Source: Campylobacterales bacterium (GTDB lineage Bacteria; Campylobacterota; Campylobacteria; Campylobacterales; Sulfurimonadaceae). From it: a DNA stretch of 64,000 nucleotides. A program made the translations under genes and the position numbers. The notes below the pieces were generated by a model. It made no database searches, was not told where the DNA came from, and saw only the letters and a list, made by a program, of their open reading frames with translations. Of the stretch, positions 20,401-30,268 are shown piece after piece. The DNA is taken from the NCBI GenBank assembly GCA_016938735.1, contig JAFGUB010000015.1:4806-68805 (forward strand), written 5' to 3'. The first letter of the stretch is position 1; each line of letters opens with the position of its first letter.

Positions 20401-20633
20401 CAGCGCAGCGCCTCGATGTAGCGCTCCAGCAGATCACCGTCGCTAATAGCGCGTTTTTGCATCATCGCGCTTGAGAGCGGATCTTCCCTGAGCCACTCAA
20501 AAAGCCGATGCGCATCCGTGACGTTGTAGTAACTGCGCATAAAACCGATGAGCAATCCGAAATTGTCCAGCTTCTTGGGGTTAAGATGCTCTTGTTTGTA
20601 CTGTTTAAACTCGTCCCAGTTAATCGTTGCCAT
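20400..20633 (-). CDS. Hypothetical 77-aa protein
   Basis: The ORF's stop is adjacent to the cobB start. No recognisable motif. Confidence 0.4.
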   Translation of the reverse strand: MATINWDEFKQYKQEHLNPKKLDNFGLLIGFMRSYYNVTDAHRLFEWLREDPLSSAMMQKRAISDGDLLERYIEALR

Positions 20634-20704
20634 GGGCGCAAGGGTAGCATATCTGCTCTAAAAACAATCGCTATAATGACGCCCACATTTTTGAAAGGAG
20701 CAAG

Positions 20705-21679
20705 ATGCGCCCTCTTTGGTTGCTGCTGATTGCCCTTAGCCTTAGCGCTCAGGAGCATCACTTCAAGATCACACAACATTTCGCCATCGCACGCGACGCG
20801 GTCCGTCTGTGGATTCCGCTGCCGATGCGCACCGCTTATCAGCACTTCGGCGATCTGAAGGTATCGGGCAATTTCGCCTCTCAACAGCTCCAAGAAGGAG
20901 AGGCGCCGACGCTTTATCTCGCTTTTGAAGGCAGCGAAGCCAACGCTACGATCAGCTTCACGGTGGCGACGACGGATCGCTACGGCCCAACGCAAAGCGA
21001 TGAGAACGTCTCGCGCTTTTTGCTTCCCAGCACCCACATCCGCACCGACGGCATCGTGGCGCAAAAGGCGCACAGCATCACCCAAGGCGCACAAAGCCCC
21101 GCCGAAAAAGCGTCGCGCATCTTCGAGTGGATCGTTCAAAACATGTTCCGCGACCCAAAGGTGCGCGGCTGCGGTCTTGGCGACGCCGCCGCGACGCTGG
21201 AATCGGGCTATTTAGGCGGCAAATGCGCGGATGTGAGCGCCGTCTTTGTGGCGCTGCTGCGCGCAAGCGGCATACCCGCCCGCGAAGTATTCGGCATCCG
21301 CGCCGCGCCGTCGCGCTACGCCAAAGCCTACGGCGCAGAGGGTGACATCACCGCCGCGCAGCACTGCCGTGGCGAATACTACCTCGAAGATCAAGGGTGG
21401 ATTCCCGCCGATCCTGGCGACGTGACCAAGCTGATTTTGGTCGAAAATTTAGAGCGCAACGCCTCGAGGGTGCGCGAAGAGGCCGCACGCCAATCAAAGA
21501 GCTGGGAGATGAACTGATTTGCCTACAACCACGCACGCGACCTCATCCTCTCACCCCGCCCGATTCAATACCCCCTCTCGATCTTCTCCTACCCCTACGC
21601 CGAATCGGGTGATGAACCGCTCGATTTTTACAACGCCCGTGATTTTTCCTACCGCATCGTCTCGGAAGTGCTGCGATGA
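20705..21679 (+). pseudogene. Transglutaminase-like lipoprotein interrupted by an in-frame TGA at 21515-21517
   Basis: The signal peptide and Cys-His-Asp core (GKCADVS...HCRGEYY...ADP) lie in ORF 20705..21517. The same frame stays open after the TGA (FAYNHARDLILSPRP...DFSYRIVSEVLR) and ends at 21677-21679, overlapping the next ATG as ATGA. Confidence 0.7.
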
Positions 21680-21981
21680 GGAGCGAGTGGCTGGGGCTTG
21701 GGGCGCTCTTTTCGGCGCTGCTTGCCCTCTCATGCTGCGGCAGCGCCCTTCTTTTTTTGCTCTTTGGGGTTTCATTCGCATGGCTGGGGGCACTAGAGGC
21801 GCTTGCGCCGTACCGCATCTATTTTGAGCTGCTCGCGCTGACGCTGCTGGCTTGGGCGTGGATTCGGCTCTACCGCCGCCGCGCCTGCGCACTTGGCCGC
21901 AAAAGGACGGTCTTTTTTCTCAGCCTCATCACCCTCACACTCGGCGTCTTGCTCGCGCTGCCTTATCTGCCGTGGGCATGA
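21676..21981 (+). CDS. MerT-like membrane transport protein
   Basis: 101 aa with three hydrophobic helices. A CC pair sits in the first helix (ALLALSCCGSALL), as in mercuric transporter MerT. Confidence 0.6.
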   Translation: MRSEWLGLGALFSALLALSCCGSALLFLLFGVSFAWLGALEALAPYRIYFELLALTLLAWAWIRLYRRRACALGRKRTVFFLSLITLTLGVLLALPYLPWA

Positions 21982-22247
21982 TGAAGCTGCTTTTGCTGCT
22001 GCCGCTGGGGCTTTGGGCGCAGACGCTGAGCCTCTACGAAGTGCCCAAAATGCACTGCCCTCTCTGTACGGTCGCCATTAAAAAGAGCCTGCTCTCGCTT
22101 GAAGGGGTAGAGCAGGCGCAGGTACGTCTGGCCACCAAAGAGGCACATATCATCCACGACGACGCCATCGATGATGCGACGCTCAAAGCCGCCATAGAGC
22201 GTGTCGGCTACGAAGGGATTCTGCGCGAACGCACGGCGCTCCCCTGA
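21978..22247 (+). CDS. Periplasmic heavy-metal-associated (MerP-like) protein
   Basis: The start ATGATG overlaps the MerT-like stop. Signal peptide MMKLLLLLPLGLWA is followed by an HMA fold with the MHCPLC metal site. Confidence 0.6.
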   Translation: MMKLLLLLPLGLWAQTLSLYEVPKMHCPLCTVAIKKSLLSLEGVEQAQVRLATKEAHIIHDDAIDDATLKAAIERVGYEGILRERTALP

Positions 22248-22310
22248 TGCTGCCTATTATTTCATCCGCACGCCAAAGCGATCCCTACCGAATCCCCCTA
22301 TAATGAGCTC

Positions 22311-22955
22311 ATGCAGCCACTCTATCTTCAAACCCTCCGACGCGCCGACTATATCGATGCCATCGCTCAGATCGACGATGCGCCCACCCGCCGCTTCGCC
22401 GATCAGGCGCTGGCGTGGTGGGATCGCCACTACAGTTGGCGTGATGGCGGGTGTGTGGCGTTGTGCGATGTGCAGGGGGTGCATCTGTGCTACCTCTTTA
22501 GCGTGATTGATCGCTACCATGACTATCTCTCCATCCACAACCTCTTCACCCCTTATGCGATGCGTCGCCACGGCTATGCCAAAGTCCTGCTCTCCCTTAT
22601 CTTTGATCGGGCCAATGCCTTACATGTAAAGCGTTTTCGTCTGACGGGTATCTCCGAATCGCTCGATTTTTACCTCTCGCTGGGATGTCTGTTTTGGGGT
22701 GTGACGCACTGCGGAGACTACTATTGCGACCTGCCGATGCCGACATCAGGGCTTGAAGGGCTGGATGCAAGCCTCTTTGAGCGCTCCAACGCCCTACTGC
22801 TGGGCAGCCGCGCCGCAGCCATATTTGCCAAACTAGACGCCAGCCACGCGCACCTCTCTGCAGCCAAGCAGGCGCTGATCGAAGCCGATTGTCTGAAGAT
22901 GGAGTCACGCTACCGCTATACGTCGCTACGCGATTTCAACGCCTTCGTGCTATAG
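22311..22955 (+). CDS. Hypothetical protein, possible GNAT-like acetyltransferase fold
   Basis: 214 aa. The AMRRHGYAKVLLSLIF block is weakly reminiscent of GNAT motif A. Low certainty. Confidence 0.4.
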   Translation: MQPLYLQTLRRADYIDAIAQIDDAPTRRFADQALAWWDRHYSWRDGGCVALCDVQGVHLCYLFSVIDRYHDYLSIHNLFTPYAMRRHGYAKVLLSLIFDRANALHVKRFRLTGISESLDFYLSLGCLFWGVTHCGDYYCDLPMPTSGLEGLDASLFERSNALLLGSRAAAIFAKLDASHAHLSAAKQALIEADCLKMESRYRYTSLRDFNAFVL

Positions 22956-22962
22956 TAGGCAC

Positions 22963-24036
22963 ATGGAAAAATTATCGTTTCGTCGTCTACTCTTTAACCT
23001 GATGACATCAGGCATTCCTACCGATGAGCCGCTGCAGATTCGCAGATTGATGTTGCTCAATGCCTTTTTGATGATCGGCATCTTCGCCTTTAGTTTTTTT
23101 GCTCTGCTCAACATGCTTGAAGCGGAGCGCTATGTGATCGCCGCTCTGGATTTTGGCGGAGCGGCACTCTTTTCGTTCGGTTTTGCCGATCTTCGCTACA
23201 CCCGCAAGGAAAGCCGCGCACGGGCCATCGGGGCGACGGCACTGGTGCTGTTTATGGTGCTCTTCATGCCCTACAACCAAAACCACGATTTCGGGCTGAT
23301 CTGGACGATTTTTCCGCCTATTTTTCTCATCTCGCTTTATGGCCATGAGCGGGGACTTCGATGGTCGCTGCTCTATTACGGGGTGCTGTTCACGCTGGGG
23401 ATTTGGGGGCTGTTTCGGTGGGAGAACCCCGATTGGAACCTCATTGCGCTGATGCGCTTCATCGTCGCCTCGTTGGTCTTGCTGCTGGTCGTGTACGTGA
23501 CCGAATACGCCTTTGAACGGATGCAGCGCAATCTTGAGCGCCTCTCGATCATCGATCCGCTCACGGGGCTTTACAACCGCCGCAAAATCGACACCCTGCT
23601 CTCACAGGCGCTTGAAGAGTCGCTGCGCCACAACGCCCCCTTCTCGCTCTGCATTCTCGATATCGACAACTTCAAACAGATCAACGATACCTTCGGCCAC
23701 GTCGTGGGCGACCGCGTACTCCAACAGCTCTCCGCGCTGCTGCAAAACGAGCTTCGAACGCTCGATACCGTGGGGCGCTGGGGCGGGGAGGAGTTTATTA
23801 TCATTATGCGCCGCTGCGGCACCAAAGAGGCGCTTATGGTGCTTGAGCGCCTGCGCGCACACATCGAAACGTACCCTTTTGAATCGGCGCTCAAAGTGAC
23901 CTGCAGTTTCGGTCTACACGGCGTGATGCAGGGCAGCGGCGACAAGCAGCAGCTCATCTCCTGCGCCGACCGCGCCCTCTACAGCGCCAAATCAGAGGGC
24001 AAAAATCGCGTCGCGCTCTACGCTCCAGCCGCCTAA
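22963..24036 (+). CDS. Membrane-bound diguanylate cyclase (GGDEF domain)
   Basis: 357 aa. About 5 TM helices, then DPLTGLYNRR...DIDNFKQINDTFGH...GRWGGEEF (GGEEF active site). Confidence 0.85.
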   Translation: MEKLSFRRLLFNLMTSGIPTDEPLQIRRLMLLNAFLMIGIFAFSFFALLNMLEAERYVIAALDFGGAALFSFGFADLRYTRKESRARAIGATALVLFMVLFMPYNQNHDFGLIWTIFPPIFLISLYGHERGLRWSLLYYGVLFTLGIWGLFRWENPDWNLIALMRFIVASLVLLLVVYVTEYAFERMQRNLERLSIIDPLTGLYNRRKIDTLLSQALEESLRHNAPFSLCILDIDNFKQINDTFGHVVGDRVLQQLSALLQNELRTLDTVGRWGGEEFIIIMRRCGTKEALMVLERLRAHIETYPFESALKVTCSFGLHGVMQGSGDKQQLISCADRALYSAKSEGKNRVALYAPAA

Positions 24037-24037
24037 A

Positions 24038-24193
24038 TCAGTTCCAGATAATCTCTTCGATCACACTGGCCGCCGCCGCGATACACACGTAAGACGCTTC
24101 AAAACTGAGCATCGCTTCGTCACTCTCTTCGAAGTGGTGCAGGTAGTGGTTAAACCCGAACTCTTCAAGTTCAATGATCTCGGATGATTGCAT
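24038..24193 (-). CDS. Small acidic hypothetical protein (51 aa)
   Basis: AGGAGG lies 6 nt upstream of the internal ATG (MQSSEIIELEEFGF...). The longer track ORF to 24286 lacks an RBS. Confidence 0.25.
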   Translation of the reverse strand: MQSSEIIELEEFGFNHYLHHFEESDEAMLSFEASYVCIAAAASVIEEIIWN

Positions 24194-24345
24194 GGGATGC
24201 CTCCTAAAATAAGATAACCTCCTTAGAGCATTTCTTGTTCGCGCTTTTTTGCCCTGCAAACGGTAGCTTTTTGCATTTTGCGACAATTTTGTCGCTATAG
24301 GCTTACATGTAGAACACTATTTGCAATCAACCGCCTGAAATGCAA

Positions 24346-24403
24346 TCGTCGCCGCTTTTGGGTATGATATGCCAATTTATCCTATCTAAAGAGACGACGT
24401 GCC
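24346..24403 (+). promoter_or_regulatory. nuoA promoter/leader module (copy A of a duplicated ~80-bp element)
   Basis: TCGTCGCCGCTTTTGGGTATGATA contains a TATGAT -10-like box at 24363-24368. AAAGAGACGACGTGCC contains an RBS-like AAAGAGA plus the nuoA GTG at 24399. It is repeated at 38887-38944. Confidence 0.4.
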
Positions 24404-24758
24404 TTCGAACCTCCTGCTCGCCTCCGCCATCATTGCACTGCTGGTGATCGCCCTGCCGATTCTGTTTCACCTCACGCGCTACCTCGGCGCGCGTGAGGAC
24501 AACACCCGCAAAAACGAACCCTACGAGAGCGGCGTGCGCCTCACCCACCGCGACGCGTATGACAGCTTCAACATCCGTTTTTACACCGTAGGGATCATCT
24601 TTTTGCTTTTTGACGTGGAGGTGCTCTTTATGTTTCCGTGGGCGCTGAACCTGCGCGAGCTGGGGCTTTTTGCGATGATGGAGATGTTTGTCTTTATGGC
24701 TCTGCTCATTGCGGGGCTGATCTATGTCTATAAATCAAAGGTGCTCCAATGGACGTAA
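24399..24758 (+). CDS. nuoA: NADH-quinone oxidoreductase subunit A
   Basis: 119 aa from a GTG, with 3 TM helices and the NEPYESG block. Confidence 0.9.
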   Translation: MPSNLLLASAIIALLVIALPILFHLTRYLGAREDNTRKNEPYESGVRLTHRDAYDSFNIRFYTVGIIFLLFDVEVLFMFPWALNLRELGLFAMMEMFVFMALLIAGLIYVYKSKVLQWT

Positions 24759-25279
24759 GTAACCATCTTTTAGGGGATGCCATCATCACCACACGCCTTG
24801 AGGCGGTGATCGACTGGGGACGTCAAAGCTCGCTTTGGCCGATGGTCTTTGACACGGCGTGCTGCGCCATCGAGTTTATGGCGGCGGCGGCGAGTCGCTA
24901 CGACGTTTCGCGTTTTGGGGCGGAGGTGCTGCGCTTCTCACCCCGCCAGGCCGATCTGCTGCTGGTTGCGGGCACCATCAGCTACAAGCAAGCCCCTATT
25001 TTGAAGATGATCTATGATCAGATGCCCCAGCCCAAATGGGTGATCGCTATGGGCGCGTGCGCTTCTAGCGGCGGCTTTTATGATAACTACACCACGCTTC
25101 AAGGCATTGACGAGATCGTCCCCGTGGATGTTTATATCGCAGGTTGTCCGCCGCGCCCCGAAGCGGTGCTCGATGCCATCGTGAAGATTCAGGAGAGTTT
25201 GTGGAAAGAGAGAGCGTGCGAAGAGCGCCACGCGGGGTTCAAGGGGCGGTTTGATGATGAGGCGCTAACTCAGCTCTAA
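24749..25279 (+). CDS. nuoB: NADH-quinone oxidoreductase subunit B
   Basis: 176 aa. Cluster N2 ligand blocks are [14 protein letters not shown] and GCPPRPE. It overlaps nuoA by 10 nt. Confidence 0.95.
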   Translation: MDVSNHLLGDAIITTRLEAVIDWGRQSSLWPMVFDTACCAIEFMAAAASRYDVSRFGAEVLRFSPRQADLLLVAGTISYKQAPILKMIYDQMPQPKWVIAMGACASSGGFYDNYTTLQGIDEIVPVDVYIAGCPPRPEAVLDAIVKIQESLWKERACEERHAGFKGRFDDEALTQL

Positions 25280-28200
25280 GGCGATCATCTCGGCCTGTTT
25301 GAGCACCGTTTCGGTCGCCAGTGCTTGCATGTCGGGCGGATAGCCGAACTGACGCAGCACCCTTTTGACGGCGATTTTGAGTTTTGCCCGTACGCTCTCT
25401 TTGATCGTCCAGTCGATGCTGGCATTTTCGCGCACCTTTTGGGTGAGCACCACGGCCAGCTCGCGCAGCACCTCTTTGCTCATCAGCTCTTTTGCACTCT
25501 CATTGTTTGCCACTGCCGTGTAAAAAGCGTACTCAAAATCCGTAAGGCCCAACTCACGCGGCTCTTGATCCATAGCCTGAATCTCTTTGCCGAGGTGGAT
25601 CAGCTCATCGATCACTTCCACCGCCGTGATGATTTTGTTGTGGTATCTTTTGATCGAATCTTCCAGCATCTGCATCAGCGATTTGCTTTGCACCAGATTG
25701 GTTTTTGATCTGGTTTTGATCTCGTCGCCCAGCAGTTTTTTGAGCACCTCAAGCGCGATATTTTTATGCTTCATATTTTTGACTTCCAGCAAAAACTCCT
25801 CTGAAAGTATCGAGATATCGGGCTTTTTGATCCCGCTTGCGTCAAAAATATCGATGACCTGCTCGGTGATGAGCGCTTTATCGATCACCTGACGAATCGT
25901 TGTCTCAATCTCTTCATCGCTTCGATCACCTGAGGGCTCAAACTTCACAAGACGCGCCTTGACGGCCTGAAAAAAGGCCACCTCGTCTTTGGCATCCATC
26001 GCCTGATCGTGCGGAATGGCGATGGCAAAGGCGCTTGAGAGCGCGTTTACCTCTTTGATGTACCTTTTTTTGCCCTCTTCGAGCCCTAAAATATGCTCTT
26101 CGGCTTCTAGTATCAGAGATAACTTTCCTCTTGTATCTTGCTCAAAGTAGTGCTCATACGCAAACCCGTGATACATCTGCGCAACGATTTCAAGTTTTTC
26201 CAGCATCAGCGCCACGGCCTTCTCCTGCGCCAGTGCGGGATCACCCCTGCCGCCGCTGTCGCTGTAAAACGAGAGCGCCGTTTTAAGATCGCTTGCAATG
26301 CCCAGATAGTCCACCACCAGCCCGCCCGGCTTGTCGCCATGCACCCGATTGACCCGCGCGATGGCCTGCATGAGGTTGTGCCCGCGCATGGGCTTGTCGA
26401 TGTAGAGCGTGTGCATTGAGGGCGCGTCAAAGCCCGTGAGCCACATATCGCGCACGATCACAAGGCGCAGCGGGTCATGATCGTCTTTCATGCGGCTCGC
26501 CAGGGCGCGTCTTTGCTCTTTGGTGGTGTGGTGTTTGGCCAGCGCCGCACCATCGGCACTGCTTGAGGTCATGATCACCTTGATGACCCCCTGACTCAAA
26601 TCATCGCTATGCCACGCAGGGCGCAGCGCGACAATCTCATCATACAGCGCAACGGCGATGCGGCGGCTCATGGAGACGATCATCCCCTTGCCCGCAAAGA
26701 CCTCCTGACGCAGTTCAAAGTGCGCGACGATATCGGCGGCGACCTCCTTGATGCGGTTGGCACTCCGATGAGGGCTTCTAGGCGCGTCCATTTCGCTTTA
26801 GCCTTCTGGCTCTCGTCTAGCTCCGATAGCTCCTCATCAAGCGCATGTACCAGCTCCTTGCCTTCCGCACTGAGGTTGATCTTTGCCAATCGGCTCTCGT
26901 AGTAGATCTTGACCGTTGCGCCGTCTTCGACCGCTTGGGCGATGTCGTAGATGTCCACATAATCCCCAAAGACCGCAGGCGTGTTGACGTCGCTGCTCTC
27001 AATCGGCGTGCCCGTAAACCCCAGATAGGTAGCATTGGGCAGGGCGTCGCGCAGATATTTGGCAAACCCGTAGGTGATCTCGCCCGTGTTTTTGTCTATT
27101 TTGGCGCGAAATCCGTACTGCGTGCGGTGGGCTTCATCGGCGATCACCACGATGTTGCGCCGATTTGAGAGCCGCTCATAGACGTTGCCCTCTTCAGGGG
27201 CGAACTTTTGAATGGTAGTGAAGATTACGCCGCCGCTTGCGACGCCCAGCTTCTCTTTGAGTTCGCTTCGCGTCTCGATCTGCACGGGTTCTTGTCTGAG
27301 CAGATTGGCGCAGCTTGCGAAGGTCTCAAAAAGCTGATCGTCGAGATCGTTTCTGTCGGTGATGACCAGCACGGTGGGGTTATCCAGCGCCAGAACGATT
27401 TTGCCCGTATAAAAGAGCATCGAAAGCGATTTGCCGCTCCCTTGCGTGTGCCATACGACCCCGCCTTTTTGATCTCCGCCTTCGCCGGCGGCTTTGAGCG
27501 TTCTCTCTACCGCTTTGTTGACGGCGTAGTATTGGTGATAGGCGGCGAGTTTTTTGACCGTCTCGATGGTGACGATGCCGTTTACATCCTCTTTTTTTGA
27601 TTGCTCAAAGACGATAAAACTACGCACCAGATCGAGCAGCACATGGGGCTGGAGCATCCCATTGATCAGGGTCTCTAGCTGCGGCGTCAGTCTGGAAACT
27701 TCGCTCACGCCGTCGCTGCTCTTCCACGCCATGTAGCGGCTAAGCCCCGCGCTGATTGTTCCCGCTTTGGCCTCGCAGCCGTCGCTGATGACACAAAAAG
27801 CGTTGTAGGTAAAGAGTGAGGGAATGAGCGATTTGTAGGTGCCGATCTGCTGGTGCGCGGAGGCGATGGTGGCGTTTTCGCCGGCGGCGTTTTTGAGCTC
27901 CATCACCACCAGCGGCAGACCGTTGACAAAAAGGATGATGTCGGGGCGTTTTTGATGGCCGTTTTCAATCATCGTGAATTGATTGACAACGACAAAATCA
28001 TTGCTATTCACATCGTCAAAATCTACCAGATGCACGATCTCGCCGCGCGTGATCCCCTCGCGCTGCACATCGACCTTGACCCCCTCCACCAAGAGCTTGT
28101 GAAAGGTCTCGTTGTCGCGCAGCAGTTCGCTTGATTTGATGCGCTCAAGTTGCTTGATGGCATCTTGCAGAGCGCTTACATGTAAGGAGGGGTTGATTTT

Positions 28201-28344
28201 TTCCAACGCGCCTAGCAGCCTCTCTTTGAGCAGAACCTCTTCATAGTTTCGCTCAAGATCGGGAGCGTACATGTAAGCGTAACCAAGCTGCTCAAAAAGC
28301 TCGATTGCGTAGAGTTCTATCTCATTTTCGGTGATTTTAGTCAT
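25265..28344 (-). pseudogene. hsdR: Type I restriction enzyme R subunit, split by a frameshift near 26760-26770
   Basis: The N-terminal ORF (26680..28359; likely start MTKITENEIE at 28344) has the DEAH box IADEAHRTQYG. The C-terminal ORF (25265..26791) has helicase motif [10 protein letters not shown]. The frames join as ...TRLEALIG / [13 protein letters not shown] with a 1-nt offset. Confidence 0.85.
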
Positions 28345-29288
28345 TTGTTCACTTCCCAATATCCGGATTTCAGGCTCCCGACTCTCTTGATAGCGCCTTC
28401 GTCTTTGAGCTTTTTGATCACTTTTTTGACCCCTGACTCGCTCATGGAGAGTTTCCCCATGAGCTCATTGATGGTAATGCGGCTGTTGTCTTTCATCAGT
28501 GCCAAAACTTTTTGATCACTTTTATAGTTACTTTTCTGGTCACTTTTGAGCGTATTGGCGATAGACTCCAAAATCATCTCAAGCATAAACTCGATAAACG
28601 GCGTGCTCTCTCCAAGAGCCGTGGACTCTTCTATGGCTTTATAGTACGCTTCTTGATGCTCCCTTACGATGCTTTCGGTCGGTAAAAGTGCAAAAATCGG
28701 ATTGAAGCTATGTAAAATCACACTTTGCCAAAGTCGCCCGATTCGACCGTTGCCGTCACCAAACGGATGAATAAACTCAAACTCATAGTGAAAGATGCAC
28801 GATTTCAAAAGCATATGCTCATCACTCGCTTTGAGCCATGCAAAAAGATCATCCATCAAATCATTTATCCTATTTGGCTGCGGGGCAATATGCGCTCCGA
28901 CGGATACATTGACGCTTCTAAACGTTCCTGCCGTCGTGAGTATCTCGCCCATCAAGATTTTATGTGCAAGCAACAGATCATTTAAGTCATCATACCTATA
29001 CGCTTCGAGTTTATCATAGGCTTTTATTGCGCCGTTGACTTCGGCAAGCTCTTTGAGTGTTCCTAAAACTCTTTTGCCATCCAAAATAGCGGTAATTTTT
29101 TCCTCACCCAGAAAATTACCCTCTATCTCCAAAGTACCCGCTAATGTTTTGATGCGGTTCTTTTTTCGTAGCATCGGGCTTACTTTTGTAGCGCCGCCAA
29201 CTTGAAGCTTGGTAAGTTCTTCACTGATTTGAGTAGAGAGTTTTAATATTTTTGAGGTTATTTTGTAGGGTGGGGTGTAGTTATTCAT
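28341..29288 (-). CDS. Fic family protein with C-terminal winged-helix domain
   Basis: 315 aa with Fic motif HPFGDGNGRIGR. The C-terminal block NSRITINELMGKLSMSESGVKKVIKKLKDEG is MarR-like. Its stop overlaps the hsdR ATG (ATGA). Confidence 0.85.
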   Translation of the reverse strand: MNNYTPPYKITSKILKLSTQISEELTKLQVGGATKVSPMLRKKNRIKTLAGTLEIEGNFLGEEKITAILDGKRVLGTLKELAEVNGAIKAYDKLEAYRYDDLNDLLLAHKILMGEILTTAGTFRSVNVSVGAHIAPQPNRINDLMDDLFAWLKASDEHMLLKSCIFHYEFEFIHPFGDGNGRIGRLWQSVILHSFNPIFALLPTESIVREHQEAYYKAIEESTALGESTPFIEFMLEMILESIANTLKSDQKSNYKSDQKVLALMKDNSRITINELMGKLSMSESGVKKVIKKLKDEGAIKRVGSLKSGYWEVNK

Positions 29289-30163
29289 TTTAGCCTCCCC
29301 AAAACGTCCAAAGCTCCCATCTCAAAGCGTGAAAACGCAAACCACTTTTTACCCAAGTCTTTCAAGCTTGCTCCGATATGGTAAATCTCTTGTTGGTCTA
29401 TGATCAAAAACCTATCATGAGCTTTTTTAAACTCTATGAGTTCTAGGTTTTGGTATTGCGCGCAGTACTTATGATAGTCAAGACGGAGCTGTTTTGAGAT
29501 GGTTTGCGTGTAGATTTTTATCTTTACATGTAAGTATTTGCTAAAGAGGGTAAAAACGGTGTCGTCTATGTAGTTGTCGATGAGCACCACTTCGTTTTTG
29601 GCACCCCCTAACAGCTCATTGACAAAAGCATACGCATCGTAAATCTGCCCGTCGTAGAAGATTCCATGTTTTGGTCGTATTGAGCTGTTTTCAAGGCCAT
29701 TTGAGATGTTTGCTACTTGTGATTTGAGTAGCGATACATCATTTTCTAGCTCTTTAAACCGTTCATGAGTGATTTTTTCGGAGTTGATGACATAGCCGTT
29801 TTGTACATAACTTGCGAGTACTGATGTTGCCCATTTTCTAAACTTTGTGGCGGTTATGGAATTAACTCTATAGCCGATAGAGATAATCATATCGAGGTTG
29901 TAATGCTCCAAGTTTCGCTCAACCATCCTATTACCTTCATTTTGAACTGTCAAGAAAAACTTGATAGTTGCGTCTTTGTCTAACTCATTGTCTTTGTATA
30001 TACGATTGACATGAAGGCTAATGTTTTGTTTTGTCACACCAAACAACTCGCCAAGTTGTTTTTGCGTCAGCCAAATAGTATTGTGGTTCACCGAAACATT
30101 CAGCTCTTGCTCACCGTCATTGTATATGACTACATTATGGCTTGGTATGGTTAGCTCATTCAT
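29285..30163 (-). CDS. RhuM-family protein
   Basis: 292 aa. LTQKQLGELFGVTKQNISLHVNRIY...ISIGYRVNSITATKFRKWAT is the RhuM signature region. It overlaps the Fic gene by 4 nt. Confidence 0.85.
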   Translation of the reverse strand: MNELTIPSHNVVIYNDGEQELNVSVNHNTIWLTQKQLGELFGVTKQNISLHVNRIYKDNELDKDATIKFFLTVQNEGNRMVERNLEHYNLDMIISIGYRVNSITATKFRKWATSVLASYVQNGYVINSEKITHERFKELENDVSLLKSQVANISNGLENSSIRPKHGIFYDGQIYDAYAFVNELLGGAKNEVVLIDNYIDDTVFTLFSKYLHVKIKIYTQTISKQLRLDYHKYCAQYQNLELIEFKKAHDRFLIIDQQEIYHIGASLKDLGKKWFAFSRFEMGALDVLGRLK

Positions 30164-30205
30164 CGCTTGCCTTTGGTTTGGTCATTTTAGGCTACCTTGC
30201 TTTGC

Positions 30206-30237
30206 TTACATGTAACGAAAGAAAAGCTTACATGTAA
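30206..30237. repeat. Two TTACATGTAA copies 22 bp apart (CTTACATGTAAC ... CTTACATGTAAT)
   Basis: Exact 10-mers at 30206-30215 and 30228-30237. They lie in the gap between rhuM and the AT-rich block. Confidence 0.95.
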
Positions 30238-30268
30238 TGCGGGGTTTGAATGATTGGTGGTGGTCATA

